A program made the translations under genes and the position numbers. The notes beneath the pieces are model-generated. The model did not search any database. It was given only the letters and a program-made list of their open reading frames with translations, and was not told the origin of the DNA. This document shows, one piece after another, positions 23,963-35,290 of a stretch of DNA of 64,000 bases; position 1 is the first letter of the stretch, and every line of letters begins with the position of its first letter. This stretch comes from Marsupella aquatica (lineage: Eukaryota; Plantae; Marchantiophyta): NCBI GenBank assembly GCA_973895155.1, contig OZ316893.1, positions 18,197,836 through 18,261,835 of the forward strand, written 5' to 3'.

Positions 23963-26900
23963 ATGGTAGCCTGTATCAGCGTGACCCCCGATCAAGCATC
24001 TACGGAAGCCACCGAAGGGGCACTCACCGCCAAGAACAAGGAACGACCCTTAGCACACGCAAAGAAGCTAGTCACGACCACCACACGTGACACACTACGA
24101 CGAGAAGAAAGCACCAATGAACAAGGACGAGAACTAACGATCAAGGGGTACCCGTTAGAGGATTACGTGAACGGAACCATTCCATCAAACAAACCAACGG
24201 AATCAGGTCAAATCAAGTCAGTGGTTCTAGCAGAGGAGGACCTATCTGAAATCTTTCAGATCCACGATTGGAAGCACAAATTACCCAAAGGCCAGGAAGA
24301 GAGGAGGAGAAGGTTTCCTTATAGAGTAGTAATCGTAGGATGTACACACGGACCCTTTTCCACATGGATTGCAGATTGGATTTTGATAGGACCCAACTCG
24401 ATACCCTGTATTGAGGACTACTCCATGGGAAAATTACATGTTATACTAGAAGTTCAGGATACACTAGAATCCAAAGGGCGAGCACCATCATCCGCAAAAG
24501 AACTGTTAAACCAAAAACCCTATTTCTGACTGGCAAGGAGATTACGAGAGAACCCCGAGTGGAGTGGCTATCAGCGTGAGGTGAAATTCGAATGGTCGAG
24601 GGTCGGTAATAGGCATTACACATTACCGGTGGGCATGAAGACTTTGAAGCTGAAACGATCAAACGAGTTTGAGGACGATAAACCGAGGAAGCGCATTACT
24701 ATTAGCGAACTACTCAAAACCCCGGTGATGGAGGAGACACTAGCCCCCACACACACAGAGGGAGAAGGGCCGACAACAGCAGAGGGCATGGAGCTGGAAG
24801 TTTCCGAGTCAGCGGAAAGGGAAAGGAGCAACCCCGAAGATGATCAAGAGATCGTGAGTCAGGGACCCCGTCAGGGACCTTCAGCCGCTGACCATCTCTC
24901 GGAAACTACAGCCAAAAGGGAAGGGCAGGGGCCCGCCGAGGAGCCAACCCTAGAGACACAAACCGAATCAGTAATCGAGGCACCAACGGAGCAAGCGGCC
25001 GAGCAGACAGAAGAACAACAGGGAAACCAGCTGAACGAACTTCAACGAGAAGGGAGACGGAAGCTGACCATGGCAAAATTGTTAGCCAACCCGGATCCCA
25101 TGGAAGCGATCACGGCGGTCACCACAGCGATAATTGAGGAAACGACTCCTTCTAGGACCAAGAGGAACCGCAAGGGGACAGCCAAAACGATTAAACTTGA
25201 GCCGCCAACGATGAGGGAGGTGCGATCCGTAAGGGGAAAGAGCAAAATAGTCGAATACGAGGAGGAAGAACCGGAAGAATCCGACAGTGAGGAAGAAGAA
25301 GAACCAGCAGAAGAAGCAAAAAGTAGGACCGGGAAGGCGACGCGCGCCGCAAAGGCGAGTCCAGGGGAAACAAGTCATGTTTTGAAATTTGAGAGAATGG
25401 GGCCACAAATATTGCAAACTATGCGCGGACAAGCACACAGGAAATTTCTACAGACACAAGGATTGGAGAAATTCGTGAAACTAAAGTGGAATCAAACCAC
25501 GAAGCTACAAGCAGAGGACTACAACGAGTTCATCACCACGTGGAAACCCACCAAAAATCAGGGAATATGTAGGGGCCAAGTCATTAAGACGAATCCTCGG
25601 AAGCTTCAGGAGCTTTTCAAACTGCCAAAGCAAGGAGCGGAGATCAAGAAACGGATGGGGAAAACTTGGCAACCTGCCACATTTCCACAACACAAGGACG
25701 TAGACGACAACAGGGGCTATCCGACCAAGCATTGCACGAATGAGAAAATCAAGGAAAGGCTCAAATTCGTAACCCATGCATTACATTGGAAGAGGCCCAC
25801 ATCAGAATATCCTCGATTTATGATTAAAATTGTAGAGGAGGGAAACGGGAAGCAAAAGGATTGGTCAGCCTTTTTCCACGAAGGGTTTCATGTAGCCATC
25901 AAGCGAGCTAAACGATTAATCAGCAGTAAAAGCAACCTGCCAGTAGAGATCGAGTTGCATCTCCAAGTGCTAATCGAGAGTCAACTTACAGGGGAAGACG
26001 AGGGAAAAACGGAATCAGCAGCTACCATTTACCAACCAACGAGGAGTGAGGGAGCCAAGAAGCAGGAGGGCACCCTACCAGAAGAGGAAGCAGCCAACAA
26101 AGAGCAAGAGGGGGACGCATCACCAGTGCGCACCACCAGGAGGAAAGAAACCAATCCAACACCAACCAAGAAGGAGTCAGAATCAGAGGGTCAGGAACCA
26201 GCGGAGGAAGACAAAATGCGAGCAGAAACCAAGGCTTATAGGACAGCGCCCATTGATGACGACGACCTCAAGTACACCCTCTCAACCGTAAAAGAAGGTG
26301 ATGAACAACAATTATGGGAGAAGCTGGGGATCGAAGTATTGAAAGAGAAGATCAGCACAGTGCAAAAAGATAGCATCTTTATAGTCATGATCGGACAAAT
26401 CGCCAGTCAATTAGCCATTTATCAAGGAATAACGAGTTCGCTAGTACACTTGGAGTGGAACAAGCGAGAAGAAGAAATCGCCGAGGACTTAGCCGGGAAG
26501 GAGGAGGCAGATAAATGGGCAGTGGAGGCCGAGGAGACCATCAAGGAGTTACTAAATCGTAACAAAGAGCTAATAGCAGATAAAGGATCGACTGACAACC
26601 ATAGGAAGAGGCTGGAGGCATGAGGAGGCAGCCATGCAGGAATTGGCTGATTACCTAGGAATAGAAGGGTTACGTCCAGGGGGACTAACGACACATTACC
26701 AGGAGGTTGTCATGGCCATCGGAGCAGCCATAGCCACAGTCAAAGCAGATAGCCAAAAGATCAATTCACAGCTAAGGGAGGATAACGAGAAACTCAAGGA
26801 AATAGAAGAATTGCAATCGCAACTCAAGGATGAAGCAGCAAAGCAACGCAGAACAGCCGGTGAATGGGCAGTGGAACGCCAGAGGGTGGAGGAATTGAAG

Positions 26901-27314
26901 AAAAAGCTCCAGGGTCTGGAAACCCAACTCCAGCAAACCACCGCAGTCAAAGGGGACCCCACGAAGGATCTGAACAAACAAGCCCTACTGGAGGAGCAAC
27001 TGGGGAAGCTCGGAAGAAAACACTATGAAGTATTGGAGAATTGGAGAATCACAGAAGATGACTATAAGCGGAAAATTGCTGAGTTAGAAGCCACGGTGAA
27101 GCTACAGGGCACTGGAGAGGAGAGTATCACTGAACAGACCAAGGAACTCGAGCAGTTGAGGACAGAGAACGATCAGCTTTCGCAAGAACTGGAAGATAAG
27201 GAACGATCAATTTTGGATTTAAAATCCGAAGTGAGGAAGCTGAAGGCACAGAGTAGAGTTCCGATAACTCCAACCAGGATGACCAATGTTAGCGAGGGTA
27301 GGGGAGTGAAGTAG
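23963..27314 (+). pseudogene. Accessory ORF 3' of pol (~1115 codons): unknown N-domain, acidic linker, PMD/Transposase_32-like domain, coiled coil
   Basis: 23885-24529 and 24581-26623 are in the same frame, separated by one TGA. One frameshift leads to 26634-27314. Motif FLQTQGLEKFVKLKW..EFI..CRG..LFKLP. Confidence 0.8.
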
Positions 27315-27378
27315 ACCGGTGACGACTGGTCCCCAACGTATACCAAGCATAACGGATATCGAGGACGAATCCGTAGGT

Positions 27379-27391
27379 AAGCAAAGGAGAA
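27379..27391 (+). promoter_or_regulatory. Polypurine tract AAGCAAAGGAGAA
   Basis: Immediately precedes the TG of the 3' LTR. Confidence 0.8.
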
Positions 27392-27512
27392 TGTAAACGA
27401 TAAAAATTACACCGGCGATATTATAGTTTTTCTTTAGGTTTAGAAGTGTCAACTAGAGGTCAACCAAGAGTATTTAGGAAGTAGTAAGCAAGGACCAGCG
27501 GTTATTCATTTT

Positions 27513-28123
27513 GTGGAGATGACAGAAAGGCTGGAAGTAGGGGAGGCGACGATCATCTCGATTAACGGTCGTGTAGGAGTCGAGTTCTGCTATGAAGGCT
27601 GCGATGGCCTACTAGCAGATGGCAGAGTATGTGCCTTAGGCACAAGAGCTCGACAGAGAAGGCAAGGGGGGGCGAATATAGGAACCCCCGTTAGCAGGAA
27701 TCGGTTAGCTCATGAGTGTAAGTCGCAGGAGAAGGAGTGCCTATGTTCATGTTCACTATTCGGATCAAAGAAGGAAGCTGTCGTGTATGGAATGCGGCGG
27801 GGCAACAATTGTTCGGAATGAAGGGCGAAGAGTTCCGCCAACGATTCACCACCGGCGAGGCCATCGAAGAACTCTGTAGAAAGGTCATGCGGAAGAAATG
27901 GAATCTGCTGCTAAGACGGGATAACAGCCACGATCAGCGGATTACGTGGCGATTAATCACCGCCGAACAAGTAATTGTGGCCGGCGAACCGAGCAACCCC
28001 AAGGAAGATGACAGAAGTCAGGAGGTCGAGGCACATATGGCAAGATTAACAATCGGGAGTCCGGAAGCTTCCGGATCAGGCGCAACCGAAGGGAATCGAG
28101 GAGGCCGTTGCACAGTTCAGTAA
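27513..28123 (+). pseudogene. Second copy of the RPA70C-like ORF with a 1-bp deletion at ~27727
   Basis: TCGCAGG here versus TCGCTAGG in the 5' LTR. Confidence 0.7.
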
Positions 28124-28593
28124 CCAGGAAGACAAAACTTCTTGACATAGTAATCAGCAGTTCTTGGCTTCCACTCATCGTTCTGGTAGGCATTAGTTAG
28201 CATTCTTGATGAACGAGCGAAGGAGATCAAAGAGGAGGCGCGAGTCGTCCAACTATAATCGGCGCACCCCAAGAAGTCGTAGAGGCCTCTGGCAGAGACG
28301 GACACGAGGCATAGGTATTTAGAGGCTCTGGAGCGCTAGGCGCTCTGTCACTTTTTGCTAGAAGTCTGGGGCAAGGTAGGGCTCCGCTCACCTTAGGAAT
28401 GCCAGCAATTTTGTAATAGTGTCCCTACTCAGTTGAGTAGTCTTTGAGTATAAAGAGAGAGTTTGGAATGAATGCAACAGAGTGAAGTCCGCAATTGAGC
28501 AGTGAAGGAGAACGTCGAATCAGAGAGAGAGAGAGAGAGAGAGAAGGAATTTGCCTTATGCAGCAAGTCGTTACTCGTTAATCGCAACGATGA

Positions 28594-28788
28594 ATGAATA
28601 TCGTCTCATTGCGAACCAGAACCTTACGGGCCAGTGCCTCAAGGTATAGGTTGAACAGACAGCTAGTGAGAAGCGGTGTCTGGTTGGAGATAGTGTGTTT
28701 TGAAGGCGATACACTGGTCGTCATACACCTCCATCATACAAGGGTAAACGTGATACTGGGGTACTTGCTTAGGGTAACCCTGTCATAG
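28594..28788 (+). CDS. LTR small ORFa (64 aa), 3' LTR copy
   Basis: Near-identical to 17065-17259. Confidence 0.6.
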   Translation: MNIVSLRTRTLRASASRYRLNRQLVRSGVWLEIVCFEGDTLVVIHLHHTRVNVILGYLLRVTLS

Positions 28789-28873
28789 TCACCCACACAA
28801 TCCGAAAATCAATTGCCAGGCAGGCTGATTCAAAGGACAGCCGGACTTAATCAGGTCATGGCTACTAAAAACC

Positions 28874-29194
28874 ATGAACGCAGACAGCAGTGACGACAAG
28901 TCTTGCTCCTTGATTACCTTAAGATCATTGGAACTATGGATCTGTTCTATCGGCACCCATCTTATTTCCTGTCAGTCACTATACGAGAACATTCCGATTT
29001 GCTTGATCACTTACCGCGAGTGGTGTGGGTTCATTGAGATTGTGTATAGAGAGGGGTTAGTGCTGGTCGAGGCTGAAGTACCTAAGAAGTGGAAGACGGA
29101 ACTCGACATTCAAGAGCACTTGGTCGGATTCACTTACGGGGACTGTGTCGAGATAGAAGGAGTGCCGCCTCTCAAAGGTCGGTTAATCGTTTAA
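28874..29194 (+). CDS. LTR small ORFb (106 aa), intact copy
   Basis: Conserved with 7514-7834(-). All differences in the core motif are synonymous. Confidence 0.7.
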   Translation: MNADSSDDKSCSLITLRSLELWICSIGTHLISCQSLYENIPICLITYREWCGFIEIVYREGLVLVEAEVPKKWKTELDIQEHLVGFTYGDCVEIEGVPPLKGRLIV

Positions 29195-31699
29195 ACGAGA
29201 TTACTGAGGAGAAGGTAGTTAAACGGCCATTAATTGCAAGGTCGAAGTTGGCGTTTAACAGTTGCACGTGTCTTTGTGATGCCTAGCCAGGAATCACTAG
29301 GCCAGTTTAAATAGTAAAATCAGTAGTGTACCCTGGAAACACATTAGTATAGTAACAAAAAACTGGAAAATATAAACAATTAAGGGTGACTATGGAACCC
29401 GAGCCGAGGCCGAAAGTAAGGACATTGGGAGAGGGAACACGATTAGGGTTAGGGCGCACTAAGTACCGACGGCTATGGGTAACTAACGGGAAGGAAGACC
29501 AGGCAGGAGGGGGTAAGGATTGATTGCAAGGAATGGTGGCTCATTTGCAAGCACGAACTAAGCAAACGACTACGAGAGGCCAACTACTATTACCTGCTCA
29601 GGCAAGCACTTGGGGTGGAAGCAGATACGGACAATCAACTCAAGAAGGGTATGAGCAACGTCAATCAAGCTGCTCATTTTTTGGGATGCCTGTTAGAACG
29701 GGCAACTGAGTACATTGGGACCTACAAGGACAAAGAATCGGAGAGAGTCGCTCGAGAACGGCAGGAGCTTGCTCGACTGTGGGAGCTGCAGAAGTCTGCC
29801 TTCTTAGGAGGAAAACTCATCACGGCTGAATTCCTGTGGACACCTACTGGCGACGAACTCGATAATCTTCTGTTTTGTGAGAATAGAATAGTTGGCATTT
29901 GGGAAGCCATCAACCACTGCAACGACACACTGGGAGTTGAAGGGTAGCACAGAGGGGTGGACGAAGGCAACCGTGCTAGGAGAAACATCCACGGCAGCCG
30001 CTATGAAGTGGAAAGGGAACATCAATGAAGAGGCCACCCCTGCAAAAAGAAGGAGGTCGGCGGCACCCAGGAAGCCAACCAAGCAAGGAAGTAGGAGGCA
30101 GGGAGAAGCCGCAAAAGAGGAGGTCGACCCCATCAATGCCGTTCCAACAAGGGATGACACTTGGAAAGGCTGGGCGGCGACCCTCCCCGAGGAAGTGCAA
30201 TTACATTTTGCATGTGAAGAAGATGCATGCTTTACGGCTATGCAGACTCAGAAATACCAGGGCTTCATGGCCGGATCCGGCTTGGAAGCCTTTGTGAAAT
30301 TACCATGGCTGAAGCCGGAGGTGCCGGATTCAGACTTATTAGAATTTGTGGGATCTTGGGAGCCCAAGACCAATTCCACAAGGGTGTATGGGAAGGAATT
30401 CTATCTCACTCCCCGGATGATTGCCGAAGTGTTTGGCTTGCCGATGGGCAATAAGACCAAAGTAGATACCCGGAAGACCTTGCCAAACAAGGAGTTCCGG
30501 TTGTTTCCAAGGCCATCAACAAAGAATGGCTTCTTTCGAAACACCTGCACCAACTCACACATCGGAGAAATGATTGATTTCTTGCGGGTAACCATGCACT
30601 GCAACTTGCCAAGGGCAGAGATCGGCAAGGCACAGGTCTACCTGGCGGAGAGGCCAGACCCAAGCCGGGACTACAACGGGTACCTCCTCACCCAACTGAA
30701 GAAGATCTTGAAGGAGGAACAACAGGCGATCGGCATGGGAAGCGTGTCCCGACTTGGCTATCACATGCCACTGTTGTGCCGGTATGCCCAAAGTTAGATC
30801 TTTGCCCCGGTACTTCCACTACAGGCAAGGGCACTAGAGGAAGTTCTAGAACAGAGGCCAGAAACAAAGAACCAAACCAGCCCGACAGTCCTACAATCAA
30901 GCAGGTGTTTAGGCTGAGGACAGAGGACTTGCCGATGCAGCAACCAAGCATGCAGAATCTGCTGAAATTGCTGGAGAAGGAAAAGAGAACGGCAACGACA
31001 ACGGCAATGACACAGGTACAGGACACTCCTTCAGAGGTCGGCCTAAGCCGACTCATGAAGGAAAACCCCTTTACCGGAGCCAAGGAAAGAAGGAGGCCGG
31101 AACACGAGCCGGGGGTTCAAATGTATGTAGGAGCCTCGAGTCCCGAAGCCAAGGGAAAGTAGCCTAAAGCTCCTGTTTCCGGTAAGTGGAGGGAGAAGAC
31201 AGCCTGGAAGCCGGAGGAGGAACTAGGACCTGTGAGCTATGATCGGCAGGAAGTCGTGTTCACAGCAAGACCAGGAGAGCAGCGAGGGGAGTCGTTAGTC
31301 CAAGTTGGGGAGGAGGTGGTGGAGGACTACGGCAATGATGACTCCGACTACGGGTCGGACCATCATGTCCCAGGAATAAGGACCTGTGGCCGCTTCATCC
31401 CCACACTTCCAAAAGTAGTTCGAGGGGACCCCACCCAGCAGAGCAGCCCCAAGTCTCCCCCACCAGATGTCGCTCCCCCGAGCTTTGACAGAATAAAGCA
31501 GATGGCACAGGAGTTCCAGGAGCAACTCAGGGAGGAAGAGAAGGCAGCCCTGGCTAGGGAGAAAGATTTACCAGGGGAAGAATGGCTAGAGGACATCAGG
31601 CGGCTTGCAGAAAAACAAAGCAGCCCTCCAGCCAGGATAGAAGAAATCCGCAAGGCGGCTTGGGAACAAAGTATCAGGCCTGCAAAATATCAGGCCTTG

Positions 31700-32055
31700 T
31701 TGAGGAGGAGAAGGAAGACACCAAGAAGGTAGCAATTTCATTCTTCCAATCTCAGATGAAAGTGCATGACCCTATCATTTTGCAAGCATATAGGATTGGG
31801 CAAAAGAAGGGGGACCTTCCACGTCCAATCTTGGTGAAGTTTGCAGTTGAATCCGAGAAAGCTAGAGTGATGGCTAACAGGAGCATGCTTAAAGGGCTAA
31901 GGATTTGGTTGGATGATGATCTGACTCCCACACAAGTCCAAGCAAGGAAAATTGAGCTTGAGAAGGTGAGGGTAGCCAAAGACCAAGGATTGGTAGCCTA
32001 CTTGCGCAATGGACAAGCTGTTGTTACCAATAAGAAGAGAGTTGTTTCTAAATGA
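31700..32055 (+). pseudogene. C-terminal part of LINE ORF1
   Basis: RIGQKKGDLPRPILVKF...IWLDDDLT is typical of L1-transposase-type ORF1 of LINEs. Confidence 0.75.
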
Positions 32056-32067
32056 TGGATTGGGACC

Positions 32068-35000
32068 TTGAGAGTCATGGCATGGAATGTTTCAGGACTT
32101 TCCATAGAAACAGCAATTGGAGGGGAACCTTTGTTTGAGAATTTTGACATCTTGCTTTTCACGGAGACTTGGGAATATGAGGGAAATGCTCTACCTAGCA
32201 TTAAAGGCTTTACTTGCATACAATCCATCTTCAATGAGAAGAAGACCACACGGGGAAGAGGGTTTGGAGGCATTGCTGTCTACACCAAGAATCAACTTCA
32301 ACACATCACCTCTATTGAACATGAAGATCCCAGCAAGCAGTTCATGGTGGTGAGACTTCATACCAGAGGTACTCCATCATTTCTGATTGTCACCTACTTT
32401 GCTCCCCTTAATATGAATGTCTATAAGATGGGAATTGCTGATGCACATTATCCATTTCATAGGTTAATCCAAGTCATTCATGATATATCACCACTAGGGG
32501 AGACATGGATAGTGGGGGACTTTAATGCCAGGGTATCTAATGAACAATTTACTGAAAGTGAGGACTTAGGAACTTTACCTTGGTCATCATGTAGTGAAGA
32601 GATACCTTGGGTGAGAGAGGCTCTTGATACCAGAACAAATGACATGACACGTCACTTTTTGCATTTGGGAGCTTCTTGTAATCTAAGAATATTGAATGGG
32701 CTTGAGAGATTTCCCCAATCATCTGGTTACACTTTTAGATCTAAACAAGGATGTAGTACCATTGATTACCTTCTTGCCTCACCTACCTCTGCCACTAGAG
32801 TGGTTGACTTTCAAATACTTGATCAACAACCAGAGTCTTCACACTTGCCTTTGTTGTTCCATCTTGACCTGACCACAATCCCAAACAAAGTGCATAGAAA
32901 GCCAGTACCCAAACCTCTGTTTCTAGACCCTGATAGAGAAGTCATCTTCAAAGCCAACTTTGAACATCTTCTCCATACCCTGGATGATCAGATTGAGCTC
33001 TCAGAAGTCATAGGACAAGCAGCAGCCTCTACTTTCTCCACCAAACCCCCTAGAAAGCAAAACATGAAGGCTTGGTTTGACGAGGATTGTGCTAGAGCAA
33101 GGATGCAAGCAAGATCACATTCAGGGGAAAAGAGACTTTTGGCATTCACTATGTACAAGAACTTCATCAAACACAAGAAGAGGTGCTTCTTGAAGAGTCA
33201 TCAACAATCACTATGTGAGGAGTTCATCAAACATCCAAAACGTTTTTGGGAGAGAATGCAATCAGGCAAGACTACTCCCCCCTTGGATCACCAGGACCTG
33301 GTAACCTATGTCACATCCTTGTATTTCTTTCCAGATGCTAGTGGCATGCCTTTGCCCCTTGGGGACACCATTCAGTTTACAGAGAGGGAGGTGAAGGTGC
33401 ATCTTTCCCACATGCAACATGGGAAAGCTAAAGATCTGTTGGGCCTGAACTTGGAGCTTCTTTTGTGGGGAGGACCCTCTTTACTAACAAACTTGGTGCA
33501 TGAGCTGAATCAAGCAATGGCTTTAGGTTTACCTAAAGCTTGGATGACCAGAAGAGTGGTGCCTATCTTCAAGGCAGGCAACAAGGACGATGTGCACAAC
33601 TACAGAACCATCATGGTAGGCAATACTTTTGCTAAAGTTTTGGGAGGACTACTTGAAGCCAGATTAAGCTCTTGGTTGGAGAGTGAGATGAAAAGGGCAC
33701 CTTCACAAGCAGGTTTTAGGAGAGAATTCAGCACTATGGATCACATTCTCTGCTTGAGGGTGTTGTGTGAAAAGGCCAAATCTCCACATAAACCATTATT
33801 TTGCTTGTTTGTGGACTTCTCCAAGGCCTTTGACAAAGTTTCCCGATCCAAGCTTTGGGATAGGATGGTGGAGTTGGAAGTGCCTGAAGAGCTCAGGTTG
33901 GCTGTTTCTAAATTGTACCAAGAAGTGCGCATCAAACTTTCAAAGGAAACCTCTGAAGAAATCTGGAGCACTCTTGGGGTGATCCAAGGTTGTCCTCTCT
34001 CACCAACTCTCTTTGGCATCTTCATTGATCAGCTACACAACATTTTGGAGGAGCATGGTGGAGTTGGCACTCAATTGGGTAGGTTTGTCCTCCAACTTCT
34101 TATATTTGCAGATGATGTGGTCCTACTTGCTCATGCTCAAGAAGCTTTGCAAAGACATCTCAATGCCTTGGAGGAGTTTTGTCAAGCAACAGGGATGGTA
34201 GTCAACCTCAAGAAGACCAAGTGTTTGGGCATTGGCACACGACAAAATCCAGAGCTCTACTTCCAAGGGAATCTGGTGGAATTTGTGAGGACCTACAAAT
34301 ACCTTGGGGTGGAGTTCTCTCAAAACTTGAGTTGGGCCTCATGTGTAAAATCTAGGGCTGCCAATGGGTACAGAGCTTTTTATGCATTCATGAACAAATG
34401 CAAAAGAGCTGGTCTACACACTTGGAGGTTAAGGAAACATCTCTTTGGAGCTTTGGTGAAACCAGTCATTCTTTATGGAGCACCAATTTGGGGAGCAGGT
34501 GTGTCTAAATCTGGGTGGCAACAGATTGAGGGGCTGCAAAAGCTATTTCTTGAGATGGAGCTTGGGATCAAGTCACAAACCCCATATGCACTTACACTTG
34601 CAGAGGCAGGCTTGTTTCCTTTGGAGGTGGAGGCACTCTTCCACACACTCAAATACATCATGCGTGTAAGAGAGTTGGAGGAAAACATATTTCCTTTTCA
34701 TGCCTTGCGCTCATCTTCAGCTAAAGGGTGGTATGCAGATGTGTGCAGGTGGGCCCATGCTTGGGATTTTCCTGAACATGAATGGCCAACACACCCAACC
34801 AAGCTAAGAGCAAAACTTGAGCAAAAGGCTTTGCACAAACTTTGGCATGAACCTAGCCCACGGCAGCAATACTACATGAGAGATGTGAACCCCATGAAGA
34901 AATATCGAGAACAAGAATACTTATCTAGCACTATCTCAGTACAACTTAGACAACTTATTGCTCAGTATAGACTAAAGCTCACACCACCTTGAAGTAGAAC

Positions 35001-35290
35001 AAGGGAGATGGAAGGATATTGACAGGAAAAAGAGGGTTTGTCAACTATGTGATAGCTCTAGTATAGAGAATGAATATCATGTATTCATTGCTTGCAAGTT
35101 TTATGAGGGGGTTAGGATGGCATCTCAAATCTTGGTGAAAGATTTGTATGCATTGTTTGGTCTGCCCCCTCAACAACTTGGAAGATATATCTTTGCGGTG
35201 GATAGGGAAAGGAGAATAGGTTTGGAAAATCTTTCAGGGCTCTCTAGGTCCATAGGGCTCTCTAGGTCCATAGTTTCTTTGAGGACATAG
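32068..35290 (+). CDS. LINE ORF2 (APE endonuclease, RT, C-terminal CCHC), with one frameshift at ~34975
   Basis: WNVSGL, TETW, GDFNA, IDY, QAGFR, QGCPLSP, FADD, YKYLG. After the shift: SSHHLEVEQGRW..RVCQLC..ENEYHVFIAC. Confidence 0.92.

Larger units (their letters stand above)
15870..29260 (+). mobile_element. Full-length non-chromoviral Ty3/Gypsy element C (13.4 kb), TSD GTTGC
   Basis: LTRs 15870-17733 and 27392-29260. GTTGC at 15865-15869 and 29261-29265. PBS, PPT and the order gag-PR-RT-RH-INT are all present. Confidence 0.96.
27392..29260 (+). repeat. 3' LTR of element C (1869 bp)
   Basis: Direct repeat of 15870-17733. Confidence 0.96.

Noticed and set aside
23963-27314. Accessory ORF as a retroviral env
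   Set aside because: No signal peptide or transmembrane segment. It is highly charged, with basic NLS-like patches.
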